Of a stretch of DNA of 64,000 nt, positions 41,969 to 57,761 are shown in pieces. Position numbers and translations under genes: made by a program. A model generated the notes under the pieces. The model searched no databases, had not been told where the DNA came from, and was given only the letters and a program-made list of their open reading frames with translations. Position 1 is the first letter of the stretch. The number at the start of each line of letters is the position of its first letter. The stretch is from Auanema rhodensis (Eukaryota > Animalia > Nematoda): contig OZ059898.1 of the NCBI GenBank assembly GCA_964057225.1, positions 17,422,001-17,486,000 of the forward strand, written 5' to 3'.

Positions 41969-42318
41969 TATTCTGAAATTTTTTGAAAAAATTTTTGTCA
42001 AATGTTTTTGGAAGCAATGTTGAGTGTACATGGAAACTCAACATACACTAATGCATCATTTTTCAAACGATCATAACTAATTTTTGTATTAAGCGTTTCT
42101 CAATGTAGTATAGTGCATTCGATGCGGATTTTTAAGCTGCGTCGATCTGTGTTATCAGATTTGCGCTAGCTTAAAAATGCACCGAGATATCAACTGATAT
42201 AAGTTCACACTTATATCCTCGATTTTCACCCTGAAGAATTAATTTTTTCGTTGAATAACATTGTCCATCGTCTTTGCCTTGAAAAAAGGAATCTAAAAAC
42301 ATCTACTTTTTGCTAAAT
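41969..42318. repeat. 350-bp monomer M121 (1-bp deletion, GTCAAATG instead of GTCAAAATG)
   Basis: Register shifts by 1; next monomer at 42319. Confidence 0.93.
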
Positions 42319-42669
42319 TATTCTGAAATTTTTTGAAAAAATTTTTGTCAAAATGTTTTTGGAAGCAATGTTGAGTGTACATGGAAACTCAACATACACT
42401 AATGCATCATTTTTCAAACGATCATAACTAATTTTTGTATTAAGCGTTTCTCAATGTAGTATAGTGCATTCGATGCGGATTTTTAAGCTGCGTCGATCTG
42501 TGTTATCAGATTTGCGCTAGCTTAAAAATGCACCGAGATATCAACTGATATAAGTTCACACTTATATCCTCGATTTTCACCCTGAAGAAATAATTTTTTC
42601 GTTGAATAACATTGTCCATCGTCTTTGCCTTGAAAAAAGGAATCTAAAAACATCTACTTTTTGCTAAAT

Positions 42670-45600
42670 TATTTTGAAGTTTTTCGAAAAAATTTTTGTC
42701 AAAATGTTTTTGGAAGCAATGTTGAGTGTACATGGAAACTCAACATACACTAATGCATCATTTTTCAAACGATCATAACTAATTTTTGTATTAAGCGTTT
42801 CTCAATGTAGTATAGTGCATTTGATGCGGATTTTTAAGCTGCGTCGATCTGTGTTATCAGATTTGCGCTAGCTTAAAAATGCACCGAGATATCAACTGAT
42901 ATAAGTTCACACTTATATCCTCGATTTTCACCCTGAAGAAATGATTTTTTCGTTGAATAACATTGTCCATCGTCTTTGCCTTGAAAAAAGGAATCTAAAA
43001 ACATCTACTTTTTGCTAAATTATTTTGAAGTTTTTCGAAAAAATTTTTGTCAAAATGTTTTTGGAAGCAATGTTGAGTGTACATGGAAACTCAACATACA
43101 CTAATGCATCATTTTTCAAACGATCATAACTAATTTTTGTATTAAGCGTTTCTCAATGTAGTATAGTGCATTCGATGCGGATTTTTAAGCTGCGTCGATC
43201 TGTGTTATCAGATTTGCGCTAGCTTAAAAATGCACCGAGATATCAACTGATATAAGTTCACACTTATATCCTCGATTTTCACCCTGAAGAATTAATTTTT
43301 TCGTTGAATAACATTGTCCATCGTCTTTGCCTTGAAAAAAGGAATCTAAAAACATCTACTTTTTGCTAAATTATTTCGAAATTTTTCGAAAAAATTTTTG
43401 TCAAAATGTTTTTGGAAGCAATGTTGAGTGTACATGGAAACTCAACATACACTAACGCATCATTTTTCAAACGATCATAACTAATTTTTGTATTAAGCGT
43501 TTCTCAATGTAGTATAGTGCATTCGATGCGGATTTTTAAGCTGCGTCGATCTGTGTTATCAGATTTGCGCTAGCTTAAAAATGCACCGAGACATCAACTG
43601 ATATAAGTTCACACTTATATCCTCGATTTTCACCCTGAAGAAATAATTTTTTCGTTGAATAACATTGTCCATCGTCTTTGCCTTGAAAAAAGAAATCTAA
43701 AAACATCTACTTTTTGCTAAATTATTTTGAAATTTTTCGAAAAAATTTTTGTCAAAATGTTTTTGGAAGCAATGTTGAGTGTACATGGAAACTCAACATA
43801 CACTAATGCATTATTTTTCAAACGATCATAACTAATTTTTGAATTAAGCGTTTCTCAATGTAGTATAGTGCATTCGATGCGGATTTTTAAGCTGCGTCGA
43901 TCTGTGTTATCAGATTTGCGCTAGCTTAAAAATGCACCGAGATATCAACTGATATAAGTTCACACTTATATCCTCGATTTTCACCCTGAAGAATTAATTT
44001 TTTCGTTGAATAACATTGTCCATCGTCTTTGCCTTGAAAAAAGGAATCTAAAAACATCTACTTTTTGCTAAATTATTCTGAAATTTTTCGAAAAAATTTT
44101 TGTCAAAATGTTTTTGGAAGCAATGTTGAGTGTACATGGAAACTCAACATACACTAATGCATCATTTTTCAAACGATCATAACTAATTTCTGTATTAAGC
44201 GTTTCGCAATGTAGTATAGTGCATTCGATGCGGATTTTTAAGCTGCGTCGATCTGTGTTATGAGATTTGCGCTAGCTTAAAAATGCACCGAGATATCAAC
44301 TGATATAAGTTCACACTTATATCCTCGATTTTCACCCTGAAGAAATAATTTTTTCGTTGAATAACATTGTCCATCGTCTTCGCCTTGAAAAAAGGAATCT
44401 AAAAACATCTACTTTTTGCTAAATTATTTTGAAGTTTTTCGAAAAAATTTTTGTCAAAATGTTTTTGGAAGCAATGTTGAGTGTACATGGAAACTCAACA
44501 TACACTAATGCATCATTTTTCAAACGATCATAACTAATTTTTGTATTAAGCGTTTCTCAATGTAGTATAGTGCATTTGATGCGGATTTTTAAGCTGCGTC
44601 GATCTGTGTTATCAGATTTGCGCTAGCTTAAAAATGCACCGAGATATCAACTGATATAAGTTCACACTTATATCCTCGATTTTCACCCTGAAGAAATGAT
44701 TTTTTCGTTGAATAACATTGTCCATCGTCTTTGCCTTGAAAAAAGGAATCTAAAAACATCTACTTTTTGCTAAATTATTTTGAAGTTTTTCGAAAAAATT
44801 TTTGTCAAAATGTTTTTGGAAGCAATGTTGAGTGTACATGGAAACTCAACATACACTAATGCATCATTTTTCAAACGATCATAACTAATTTTTGTATTAA
44901 GCGTTTCTCAATGTAGTATAGTGCATTCGATGCGGATTTTTAAGCTGCGTCGATCTGTGTTATCAGATTTGCGCTAGCTTAAAAATGCACCGAGATATCA
45001 ACTGATATAAGTTCACACTTATATCCTCGATTTTCACCCTGAAGAATTAATTTTTTCGTTGAATAACATTGTCCATCGTCTTTGCCTTGAAAAAAGGAAT
45101 CTAAAAACATCTACTTTTTGCTAAATTATTTCGAAATTTTTCGAAAAAATTTTTGTCAAAATGTTTTTGGAAGCAATGTTGAGTGTACATGGAAACTCAA
45201 CATACACTAACGCATCATTTTTCAAACGATCATAACTAATTTTTGTATTAAGCGTTTCTCAATGTAGTATAGTGCATTCGATGCGGATTTTTAAGCTGCG
45301 TCGATCTGTGTTATCAGATTTGCGCTAGCTTAAAAATGCACCGAGACATCAACTGATATAAGTTCACACTTATATCCTCGATTTTCACCCTGAAGAAATA
45401 ATTTTTTCGTTGAATAACATTGTCCATCGTCTTTGCCTTGAAAAAAGAAATCTAAAAACATCTACTTTTTGCTAAATTATTTTGAAATTTTTCGAAAAAA
45501 TTTTTGTCAAAATGTTTTTGGAAGCAATGTTGAGTGTACATGGAAACTCAACATACACTAATGCATTATTTTTCAAACGATCATAACTAATTTTTGAATT

Positions 45601-46179
45601 AAGCGTTTCTCAATGTAGTATAGTGCATTCGATGCGGATTTTTAAGCTGCGTCGATCTGTGTTATCAGATTTGCGCTAGCTTAAAAATGCACCGAGATAT
45701 CAACTGATATAAGTTCACACTTATATCCTCGATTTTCACCCTGAAGAATTAATTTTTTCGTTGAATAACATTGTCCATCGTCTTTGCCTTGAAAAAAGGA
45801 ATCTAAAAACATCTACTTTTTGCTAAATTATTCTGAAATTTTTCGAAAAAATTTTTGTCAAAATGTTTTTGGAAGCAATGTTGAGTGTACATGGAAACTC
45901 AACATACACTAATGCATCATTTTTCAAACGATCATAACTAATTTCTGTATTAAGCGTTTCGCAATGTAGTATAGTGCATTCGATGCGGATTTTTAAGCTG
46001 CGTCGATCTGTGTTATGAGATTTGCGCTAGCTTAAAAATGCACCGAGATATCAACTGATATAAGTTCACACTTATATCCTCGATTTTCACCCTGAAGAAA
46101 TAATTTTTTCGTTGAATAACATTGTCCATCGTCTTCGCCTTGAAAAAAGGAATCTAAAAACATCTACTTTTTGCTAAAT
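42670..46179. repeat. 5-monomer (1755-bp) tandem duplication, M123-127 / M128-132
   Basis: GCATTATT plus TGAATTAAG variants in monomers at 43723 and 45478. Confidence 0.88.
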
Positions 46180-49100
46180 TATTTTGAAGTTTTTCGAAAA
46201 AATTTTTGTCAAAATGTTTTTGGAAGCAATGTTGAGTGTACATGGAAACTCAACATACACTAATGCATCATTTTTCAAACGATCATAACTAATTTTTGTA
46301 TTAAGCGTTTCTCAATGTAGTATAGTGCATTTGATGCGGATTTTTAAGCTGCGTCGATCTGTGTTATCAGATTTGCGCTAGCTTAAAAATGCACCGAGAT
46401 ATCAACTGATATAAGTTCACACTTATATCCTCGATTTTCACCCTGAAGAATTAATTTTTTCGTTGAATAACATTGTCCATCGTCTTTGCCTTGAAAAAAG
46501 GAATCTAAAAACATCTACTTTTTGCTAAATTATTTTGAAGTTTTTCGAAAAAATTTTTGTCAAAATGTTTTTGGAAGCAATGTTGAGTGTACATGGAAAC
46601 TCAACATACACTAATGCATCATTTTTCAAACGATCATAACTAATTTTTGTATTAAGCGTTTCTCAATGTAGTATAGTGCATTCGATGCGGATTTTTAAGC
46701 TGCGTCGATCTGTGTTATCAGATTTGCGCTAGCTTAAAAATGCACCGAGATATCAACTGATATAAGTTCACACTTATATCCTCGATTTTCACCCTGAAGA
46801 AATAATTTTTTCGTTGAATAACATTGTCCATCATCTTTGCCTTGAAAAAAGGAATCTAAAAACATCTACTTTTTGCTAAATTATTCTGAAATTTTTCGAA
46901 AAAATTTTTGTCAAAATGTTTTTGGAAGCAATGTTGAGTGTACATGGAAACTCAACATACACTAATGCATCATTTTTCAAACGATCATAACTAATTTCTG
47001 TATTAAGCGTTTCGCAATGTAGTATAGTGCAATCGATGCGGATTTTTAAGCTGCGTCGATCTGTGTTATGAGATTTGCGCTAGCTTAAAAATGCACCGAG
47101 ATATCAACTGATATAAGTTCACACTTATATCCTCGATTTTCACCCTGAAGAAATAATTTTTTCGTTGAATAACATTGTCCATCGTCTTCGCCTTGAAAAA
47201 AGGAATCTAAAAACATCTACTTTTTGCTAAATTATTTTGAAGTTTTTCGAAAAAATTTTTGTCAAAATGTTTTTGGAAGCAATGTTGAGTGTACATGGAA
47301 ACTCAACATACACTAATGCATCATTTTTCAAACGATCATAACTAATTTTTGTATTAAGCGTTTCTCAATGTAGTATAGTGCATTTGATGCGGATTTTTAA
47401 GCTGCGTCGATCTGTGTTATCAGATTTGCGCTAGCTTAAAAATGCACCGAGATATCAACTGATATAAGTTCACACTTATATCCTCGATTTTCACCCTGAA
47501 GAAATGATTTTTTCGTTGAATAACATTGTCCATCGTCTTTGCCTTGAAAAAAGGAATCTAAAAACATCTACTTTTTGCTAAATTATTTTGAAGTTTTTCG
47601 AAAAAATTTTTGTCAAAATGTTTTTGGAAGCAATGTTGAGTGTACATGGAAACTCAACATACACTAATGCATCATTTTTCAAACGATCATAACTAATTTT
47701 TGTATTAAGCGTTTCTCAATGTAGTATAGTGCATTCGATGCGGATTTTTAAGCTGCGTCGATCTGTGTTATCAGATTTGCGCTAGCTTAAAAATGCACCG
47801 AGATATCAACTGATATAAGTTCACACTTATATCCTCGATTTTCACCCTGAAGAAATAATTTTTTCGTTGAATAACATTGTCCATCGTCTTCGCCTTGAAA
47901 AAAGGAATCTAAAAACATCTACTTTTTGCTAAATTATTTTGAAGTTTTTCGAAAAAATTTTTGTCAAAATGTTTTTGAAAGCAATGTTGAGTGTACATGG
48001 AAACTCAACATACACTAATGCATCATTTTTCAAACGATCATAACTAATTTTTGTATTAAGCGTTTCTCAATGTAGTATAGTGCATTTGATGCGGATTTTT
48101 AAGCTGCGTCGATCTGTGTTATCAGATTTGCGCTAGCTTAAAAATGCACCGAGATATCAACTGATATAAGTTCACACTTATATCCTCGATTTTCACCCTG
48201 AAGAAATGATTTTTTCGTTGAATAACATTGTCCATCGTCTTTGCCTTGAAAAAAGGAATCTAAAAACATCTACTTTTTGCTAAATTATTTTGAAGTTTTT
48301 CGAAAAAATTTTTGTCAAAATGTTTTTGGAAGCAATGTTGAGTGTACATGGAAACTCAACATACACTAATGCATCATTTTTCAAACGATCATAACTAATT
48401 TTTGTATTAAGCGTTTCTCAATGTAGTATAGTGCATTCGATGCGGATTTTTAAGCTGCGTCGATCTGTGTTATCAGATTTGCGCTAGCTTAAAAATGCAC
48501 CGAGATATCAACTGATATAAGTTCACACTTATATCCTCGATTTTCACCCTGAAGAATTAATTTTTTCGTTGAATAACATTGTCCATCGTCTTTGCCTTGA
48601 AAAAAGGAATCTAAAAACATCTACTCTTTGCTAAATTATTCTGAAATTTTTCAAAAAAATTTTTGTCAAAATGTTTTTGGAAGCAATGTTGAGTGTACAT
48701 GGAAACTCAACATACACTAATGCAGCATTTTTCAAACGATCATAACTAATTTTTGTATTGAGCGTTTCTCAATGTAGTATAGTGCATTCGATGCGGATTT
48801 TTAAGCTGCGTCGATCTGTGTTATCAGATTTGCGCTAGCTTAAAAATGCACCGAGATATCAACTGATATAAGTTCACACTTATATCCTCGATTTTCACCC
48901 TGAAGAATTAATTTTTTCGTTGAATAACATTGTCCATCGTCTTTGCCTTGAAAAAAGGAATCTAAAAACATCTACTTTTTGCTAAATTATTTTGAAGTTT
49001 TTCGAAAAAATTTTTGTCAAAATGTTTTTGGAAGCAATGTTGAGTGTACATGGAAACTCAACATACACTAATGCATCATTTTTCAAACGATCATAACTAA

Positions 49101-49338
49101 TTTTTGTATTAAGCGTTTCTCAATGTAGTATAGTGCATTCGATGCGGATTTTTAAGCTGCGTCGATCTGTGTTATCAGATTTGCGCTAGCTTAAAAATGC
49201 ACCGAGATATCAACTGATATAAGTTCACACTTATATCCTCGATTTTCACCCTGAAGAATTAATTTTTTCGTTGAATAACATTGTCCATCGTCTTTGCCTT
49301 GAAAAAAGGAATCTAAAAACATCTACTTTTTGCTAAAT

Positions 49339-49688
49339 TATTCTGAAATTTTTTGAAAAAATTTTTGTCAAATGTTTTTGGAAGCAATGTTGAGTGTACA
49401 TGGAAACTCAACATACACTAATGCATCATTTTTCAAACGATCATAACTAATTTTTGTATTAAGCGTTTCTCAATGTAGTATAGTGCATTCGATGCGGATT
49501 TTTAAGCTGCGTCGATCTGTGTTATCAGATTTGCGCTAGCTTAAAAATGCACCGAGATATCAACTGATATAAGTTCACACTTATATCCTCGATTTTCACC
49601 CTGAAGAATTAATTTTTTCGTTGAATAACATTGTCCATCGTCTTTGCCTTGAAAAAAGGAATCTAAAAACATCTACTTTTTGCTAAAT
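49339..49688. repeat. 350-bp monomer M142 (same 1-bp deletion)
   Basis: Same deletion on the same C5/T16 background as M121; next monomer at 49689. Confidence 0.93.
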
Positions 49689-52600
49689 TATTCTGAAATT
49701 TTTTGAAAAAATTTTTGTCAAAATGTTTTTGGAAGCAATGTTGAGTGTACATGGAAACTCAACATACACTAATGCATCATTTTTCAAACGATCATAACTA
49801 ATTTTTGTATTAAGCGTTTCTCAATGTAGTATAGTGCATTCGATGCGGATTTTTAAGCTGCGTCGATCTGTGTTATCAGATTTGCGCTAGCTTAAAAATG
49901 CACCGAGATATCAACTGATATAAGTTCACACTTATATCCTCGATTTTCACCCTGAAGAAATAATTTTTTCGTTGAATAACATTGTCCATCGTCTTTGCCT
50001 TGAAAAAAGGAATCTAAAAACATCTACTTTTTGCTAAATTATTTTGAAGTTTTTCGAAAAAATTTTTGTCAAAATGTTTTTGGAAGCAATGTTGAGTGTA
50101 CATGGAAACTCAACATACACTAATGCATCATTTTTCAAACGATCATAACTAATTTTTGTATTAAGCGTTTCTCAATGTAGTATAGTGCATTTGATGCGGA
50201 TTTTTAAGCTGCGTCGATCTGTGTTATCAGATTTGCGCTAGCTTAAAAATGCACCGAGATATCAACTGATATAAGTTCACACTTATATCCTCGATTTTCA
50301 CCCTGAAGAAATGATTTTTTCGTTGAATAACATTGTCCATCGTCTTTGCCTTAAAAAAAGGAATCTAAAAACATCTACTTTTTGCTAAATTATTTTGAAG
50401 TTTTTCGAAAAAATTTTTGTCAAAATGTTTTTGGAAGCAATGTTGAGTGTACATGGAAACTCAACATACACTAATGCATCATTTTTCAAACGATCATAAC
50501 TAATTTTTGTATTAAGCGTTTCTCAATGTAGTATAGTGCATTTGATGCGGATTTTTAAGCTGCGTCGATCTGTGTTATCAGATTTGCGCTAGCTTAAAAA
50601 TGCACCGAGATATCAACTGATATAAGTTCACACTTATATCCTCGATTTTCACCCTGAAGAAATGATTTTTTCGTTGAATAACATTGTCCATCGTCTTTGC
50701 CTTGAAAAAAGGAATCTAAAAACATCTACTTTTTGCTAAATTATTTTGAAGTTTTTCGAAAAAATTTTTGTCAAAATGTTTTTGGAAGCAATGTTGAGTG
50801 TACATGGAAACTCAACATACACTAATGCATCATTTTTCAAACGATCATAACTAATTTTTGTATTAAGCGTTTCTCAATGTAGTATAGTGCATTCGATGCG
50901 GATTTTTAAGCTGCGTCGATCTGTGTTATCAGATTTGCGCTAGCTTAAAAATGCACCGAGATATCAACTGATATAAGTTCACACTTATATCCTCGATTTT
51001 CACCCTGAAGAATTAATTTTTTCGTTGAATAACATTGTCCATCGTCTTTGCCTTGAAAAAAGGAATCTAAAAACATCTACTTTTTGCTAAATTATTTCGA
51101 AATTTTTCGAAAAAATTTTTGTCAAAATGTTTTTGGAAGCAATGTTGAGTGTACATGGAAACTCAACATACACTAACGCATCATTTTTCAAACGATCATA
51201 ACTAATTTTTGTATTAAGCGTTTCTCAATGTAGTATAGTGCATTCGATGCGGATTTTTAAGCTGCGTCGATCTGTGTTATCAGATTTGCGCTAGCTTAAA
51301 AATGCACCGAGATATCAACTGATATAAGTTCACACTTATATCCTCGATTTTCACCCTGAAGAATTAATTTTTTCGTTGAATAACATTGTCCATCGTCTTT
51401 GCCTTGAAAAAAGGAATCTAAAAACATCTACTTTTTGCTAAATTATTCTGAAATTTTTTGAAAAAATTTTTGTCAAAATGTTTTTGGAAGCAATGTTGAG
51501 TGTACATGGAAACTCAACATACACTAATGCATCATTTTTCAAACGATCATAACTAATTTTTGTATTAAGCGTTTCTCAATGTAGTATAGTGCATTCGATG
51601 CGGATTTTTAAGCTGCGTCGATCTGTGTTATCAGATGTGCGCTAGCTTAAAAATGCACCGAGATATCAACTGATATAAGTTCACACTTATATCCTCGATT
51701 TTCACCCTGAAGAATTAATTTTTTCGTTGAATAACATTGTCCATCGTCTTTGCCTTGAAAAAAGGAATCTAAAAACATCTACTTTTTGCTAAATTATTCT
51801 GAAATTTTTCGAAAAAATTTTTGTCAAAATGTTTTTGGAAGCAATGTTGAGTGTACATGGAAACTCAACATACACTAATGCATCATTTTTCAAACGATCA
51901 TATCTAATTTCTGTATTAAGCGTTTCGCAATGTAGTATAGTGCATTCGATGCGGATTTTTAAGCTGCGTCGATCTGTGTTATGAGATTTGCGCTAGCTTA
52001 AAAATGCACCGAGATATCAACTGATATAAGTTCACACTTATATCCTCGATTTTCACCCTGAAGAAATAATTTTTTCGTTGAATAACATTGTCCATCGTCT
52101 TCGCCTTGAAAAAAGGAATCTAAAAACATCTACTTTTTGCTAAATTATTTTGAAGTTTTTCGAAAAAATTTTTGTCAAAATGTTTTTGGAAGCAATGTTG
52201 AGTGTACATGGAAACTCAACATACACTAATGCATCATTTTTCAAACGATCATAACTAATTTTTGTATTAAGCGTTTCTCAATGTAGTATAGTGCATTTGA
52301 TGCGGATTTTTAAGCTGCGTCGATCTGTGTTATCAGATTTGCGCTAGCTTAAAAATGCACCGAGATATCAACTGATATAAGTTCACACTTATATCCTCGA
52401 TTTTCACCCTGAAGAATTAATTTTTTCGTTGAATAACATTGTCCATCGTCTTTGCCTTGAAAAAAGGAATCTAAAAACATCTACTTTTTGCTAAATTATT
52501 TTGAAGTTTTTCGAAAAAATTTTTGTCAAAATGTTTTTGGAAGCAATGTTGAGTGTACATGGAAACTCAACATACACTAATGCATCATTTTTCAAACGAT

Positions 52601-55600
52601 CATAACTAATTTTTGTATTAAGCGTTTCTCAATGTAGTATAGTGCATTCGATGCGGATTTTTAAGCTGCGTCGATCTGTGTTATCAGATTTGCGCTAGCT
52701 TAAAAATGCACCGAGATATCAACTGATATAAGTTCACACTTATATCCTCGATTTTCACCCTGAAGAAATAATTTTTTCGTTGAATAACATTGTCCATCAT
52801 CTTTGCCTTGAAAAAAGGAATCTAAAAACATCTACTTTTTGCTAAATTATTCTGAAATTTTTCGAAAAAATTTTTGTCAAAATGTTTTTGGAAGCAATGT
52901 TGAGTGTACATGGAAACTCAACATACACTAATGCATCATTTTTCAAACGATCATAACTAATTTCTGTATTAAGCGTTTCGCAATGTAGTATAGTGCAATC
53001 GATGCGGATTTTTAAGCTGCGTCGATCTGTGTTATGAGATTTGCGCTAGCTTAAAAATGCACCGAGATATCAACTGATATAAGTTCACACTTATATCCTC
53101 GATTTTCACCCTGAAGAAATAATTTTTTCGTTGAATAACATTGTCCATCGTCTTCGCCTTGAAAAAAGGAATCTAAAAACATCTACTTTTTGCTAAATTA
53201 TTTTGAAGTTTTTCGAAAAAATTTTTGTCAAAATGTTTTTGGAAGCAATGTTGAGTGTACATGGAAACTCAACATACACTAATGCATCATTTTTCAAACG
53301 ATCATAACTAATTTTTGTATTAAGCGTTTCTCAATGTAGTATAGTGCATTTGATGCGGATTTTTAAGCTGCGTCGATCTGTGTTATCAGATTTGCGCTAG
53401 CTTAAAAATGCACCGAGATATCAACTGATATAAGTTCACACTTATATCCTCGATTTTCACCCTGAAGAAATGATTTTTTCGTTGAATAACATTGTCCATC
53501 GTCTTTGCCTTGAAAAAAGGAATCTAAAAACATCTACTTTTTGCTAAATTATTTTGAAGTTTTTCGAAAAAATTTTTGTCAAAATGTTTTTGGAAGCAAT
53601 GTTGAGTGTACATGGAAACTCAACATACACTAATGCATCATTTTTCAAACGATCATAACTAATTTTTGTATTAAGCGTTTCTCAATGTAGTATAGTGCAT
53701 TCGATGCGGATTTTTAAGCTGCGTCGATCTGTGTTATCAGATTTGCGCTAGCTTAAAAATGCACCGAGATATCAACTGATATAAGTTCACACTTATATCC
53801 TCGATTTTCACCCTGAAGAAATAATTTTTTCGTTGAATAACATTGTCCATCGTCTTCGCCTTGAAAAAAGGAATCTAAAAACATCTACTTTTTGCTAAAT
53901 TATTTTGAAGTTTTTCGAAAAAATTTTTGTCAAAATGTTTTTGAAAGCAATGTTGAGTGTACATGGAAACTCAACATACACTAATGCATCATTTTTCAAA
54001 CGATCATAACTAATTTTTGTATTAAGCGTTTCTCAATGTAGTATAGTGCATTTGATGCGGATTTTTAAGCTGCGTCGATCTGTGTTATCAGATTTGCGCT
54101 AGCTTAAAAATGCACCGAGATATCAACTGATATAAGTTCACACTTATATCCTCGATTTTCACCCTGAAGAAATGATTTTTTCGTTGAATAACATTGTCCA
54201 TCGTCTTTGCCTTGAAAAAAGGAATCTAAAAACATCTACTTTTTGCTAAATTATTTTGAAGTTTTTCGAAAAAATTTTTGTCAAAATGTTTTTGGAAGCA
54301 ATGTTGAGTGTACATGGAAACTCAACATACACTAATGCATCATTTTTCAAACGATCATAACTAATTTTTGTATTAAGCGTTTCTCAATGTAGTATAGTGC
54401 ATTCGATGCGGATTTTTAAGCTGCGTCGATCTGTGTTATCAGATTTGCGCTAGCTTAAAAATGCACCGAGATATCAACTGATATAAGTTCACACTTATAT
54501 CCTCGATTTTCACCCTGAAGAAATAATTTTTTCGTTGAATAACATTGTCCATCGTCTTCGCCTTGAAAAAAGGAATCTAAAAACATCTACTTTTTGCTAA
54601 ATTATTTTGAAGTTTTTCGAAAAAATTTTTGTCAAAATGTTTTTGAAAGCAATGTTGAGTGTACATGGAAACTCAACATACACTAATGCATCATTTTTCA
54701 AACGATCATAACTAATTTTTGTATTAAGCGTTTCTCAATGTAGTATAGTGCATTTGATGCGGATTTTTAAGCTGCGTCGATCTGTGTTATCAGATTTGCG
54801 CTAGCTTAAAAATGCACCGAGATATCAACTGATATAAGTTCACACTTATATCCTCGATTTTCACCCTGAAGAAATGATTTTTTCGTTGAATAACATTGTC
54901 CATCGTCTTTGCCTTGAAAAAAGGAATCTAAAAACATCTACTTTTTGCTAAATTATTTTGAAGTTTTTCGAAAAAATTTTTGTCAAAATGTTTTTGGAAG
55001 CAATGTTGAGTGTACATGGAAACTCAACATACACTAATGCATCATTTTTCAAACGATCATAACTAATTTTTGTATTAAGCGTTTCTCAATGTAGTATAGT
55101 GCATTCGATGCGGATTTTTAAGCTGCGTCGATCTGTGTTATCAGATTTGCGCTAGCTTAAAAATGCACCGAGATATCAACTGATATAAGTTCACACTTAT
55201 ATCCTCGATTTTCACCCTGAAGAATTAATTTTTTCGTTGAATAACATTGTCCATCGTCTTTGCCTTGAAAAAAGGAATCTAAAAACATCTACTCTTTGCT
55301 AAATTATTCTGAAATTTTTCAAAAAAATTTTTGTCAAAATGTTTTTGGAAGCAATGTTGAGTGTACATGGAAACTCAACATACACTAATGCAGCATTTTT
55401 CAAACGATCATAACTAATTTTTGTATTGAGCGTTTCTCAATGTAGTATAGTGCATTCGATGCGGATTTTTAAGCTGCGTCGATCTGTGTTATCAGATTTG
55501 CGCTAGCTTAAAAATGCACCGAGATATCAACTGATATAAGTTCACACTTATATCCTCGATTTTCACCCTGAAGAATTAATTTTTTCGTTGAATAACATTG

Positions 55601-57761
55601 TCCATCGTCTTTGCCTTGAAAAAAGGAATCTAAAAACATCTACTTTTTGCTAAATTATTTTGAAGTTTTTCGAAAAAATTTTTGTCAAAATGTTTTTGGA
55701 AGCAATGTTGAGTGTACATGGAAACTCAACATACACTAATGCATCATTTTTCAAACGATCATAACTAATTTTTGTATTAAGCGTTTCTCAATGTAGTATA
55801 GTGCATTCGATGCGGATTTTTAAGCTGCGTCGATCTGTGTTATCAGATTTGCGCTAGCTTAAAAATGCACCGAGATATCAACTGATATAAGTTCACACTT
55901 ATATCCTCGATTTTCACCCTGAAGAATTAATTTTTTCGTTGAATAACATTGTCCATCGTCTTTGCCTTGAAAAAAGGAATCTAAAAACATCTACTTTTTG
56001 CTAAATTATTTTGAAGTTTTTTGAAAAAATTTTTGTCAAAATGTTTTTGGAAGCAATGTTGAGTGTACATGGAAACTCAACATACACTAATGCATCATTT
56101 TTCAAACGATCATAACTAATTTTTGTATTAAGCGTTTCTCAATGTAGTATAGTGCATTCGATGCGGATTTTTAAGCTGCGTCGATCTGTGTTATCAGATT
56201 TGCGCTAGCTTAAAAATGCACCGAGATATCAACTGATATAAGTTCACACTTATATCCTCGATTTTCACCCTGAAGAATTAATTTTTTCGTTGAATAACAT
56301 TGTCCATCGTCTTTGCCTTGAAAAAAGGAATCTAAAAACATCTACTTTTTGCTAAATTATTTTGTAATTTTTCGAAAAAATTTTTGTCAAAATGTTTTTG
56401 GAAGCAATGTTGAGTGTACATGGAAACTCAACATACACTAACGCATCATTTTTCAAACGATCATAACTAATTTTTGTATTAAGCGTTTCTCAATGTAGTA
56501 TAGTGCATTCGATGCGGATTTTTAAGCTGCGTCGATCTGTGTTATCAGATTTGCGCTAGCTTGAAAATGCACCGAGATATCAACTGATATAAGTTCACAC
56601 TTATATCCTCGATTTTCACCCTGAAGAATTAATTTTTTCGTTGAATAACATTGTCCATCGTCTTTGCCTTGAAAAAAGGAATCTAAAAACATCTACTTTT
56701 TGCTAAATTATTTTGAAGTTTTTCGAAAAAATTTTTGTCAAAATGTTTTTGGAAGCAATGTTGAGTGTACATGGAAACTCAACATACACTAATGCATCAT
56801 TTTTCAAACGATCATAACTAATTTTTGTATTAAGCTTTTCTCAATGTAGTATAGTGCATTCGATGCGGATTTTTAAGCTGCGTCGATCTGTGTTATCAGA
56901 TTTGCGCTAGCTTAAAAATGCACCGAGATATCAACTGATATAAGTTCACACTTATATCCTCGATTTTCACCCTGAAGAATTAATTTTTTCGTTGAATAAC
57001 ATTGTCCATCGTCTTTGCCTTGAAAAAAGGAATCTAAAAACATCTACTTTTTGCTAAATTATTTTGAAGTTTTTTGAAAAAATTTTTGTCAAAATGTTTT
57101 TGGAAGCAATGTTGAGTGTACATGGAAACTCAACATACACTAATGCATCATTTTTCAAACGATCATAACTAATTTTTGTATTAAGCGTTTCTCAATGTAG
57201 TATAGTGCATTCGATGCGGATTTTTAAGCTGCGTCGATCTGTGTTATCAGATTTGCGCTAGCTTAAAAATGCACCGAGATATCAACTGATATAAGTTCAC
57301 ACTTATATCCTCGATTTTCACCCTGAAGAATTAATTTTTTCGTTGAATAACATAGTCCATCGTCTTTGCCTTGAAAAAAGGAATCTAAAAACATCTACTT
57401 TTTGCTAAATTATTTTGTAATTTTTCGAAAAAATTTTTGTCAAAATGTTTTTGGAAGCAATGTTGAGTGTACATGGAAACTCAACATACACTAACGCATC
57501 ATTTTTCAAACGATCATAACTAATTTTTGTATTAAGCGTTTCTCAATGTAGTATAGTGCATTCGATGCGGATTTTTAAGCTGCGTCGATCTGTGTTATCA
57601 GATTTGCGCTAGCTTAAAAATGCACCGAGATATCAACTGATATAAGTTCACACTTATATCCTCGATTTTAACCCTGAAGAATTAATTTTTTCGTTGAATA
57701 ACATTGTCCATCGTCTTTGCCTTGAAAAAAGGAATCTAAAAACATCTACTTTTTGCTAAAT

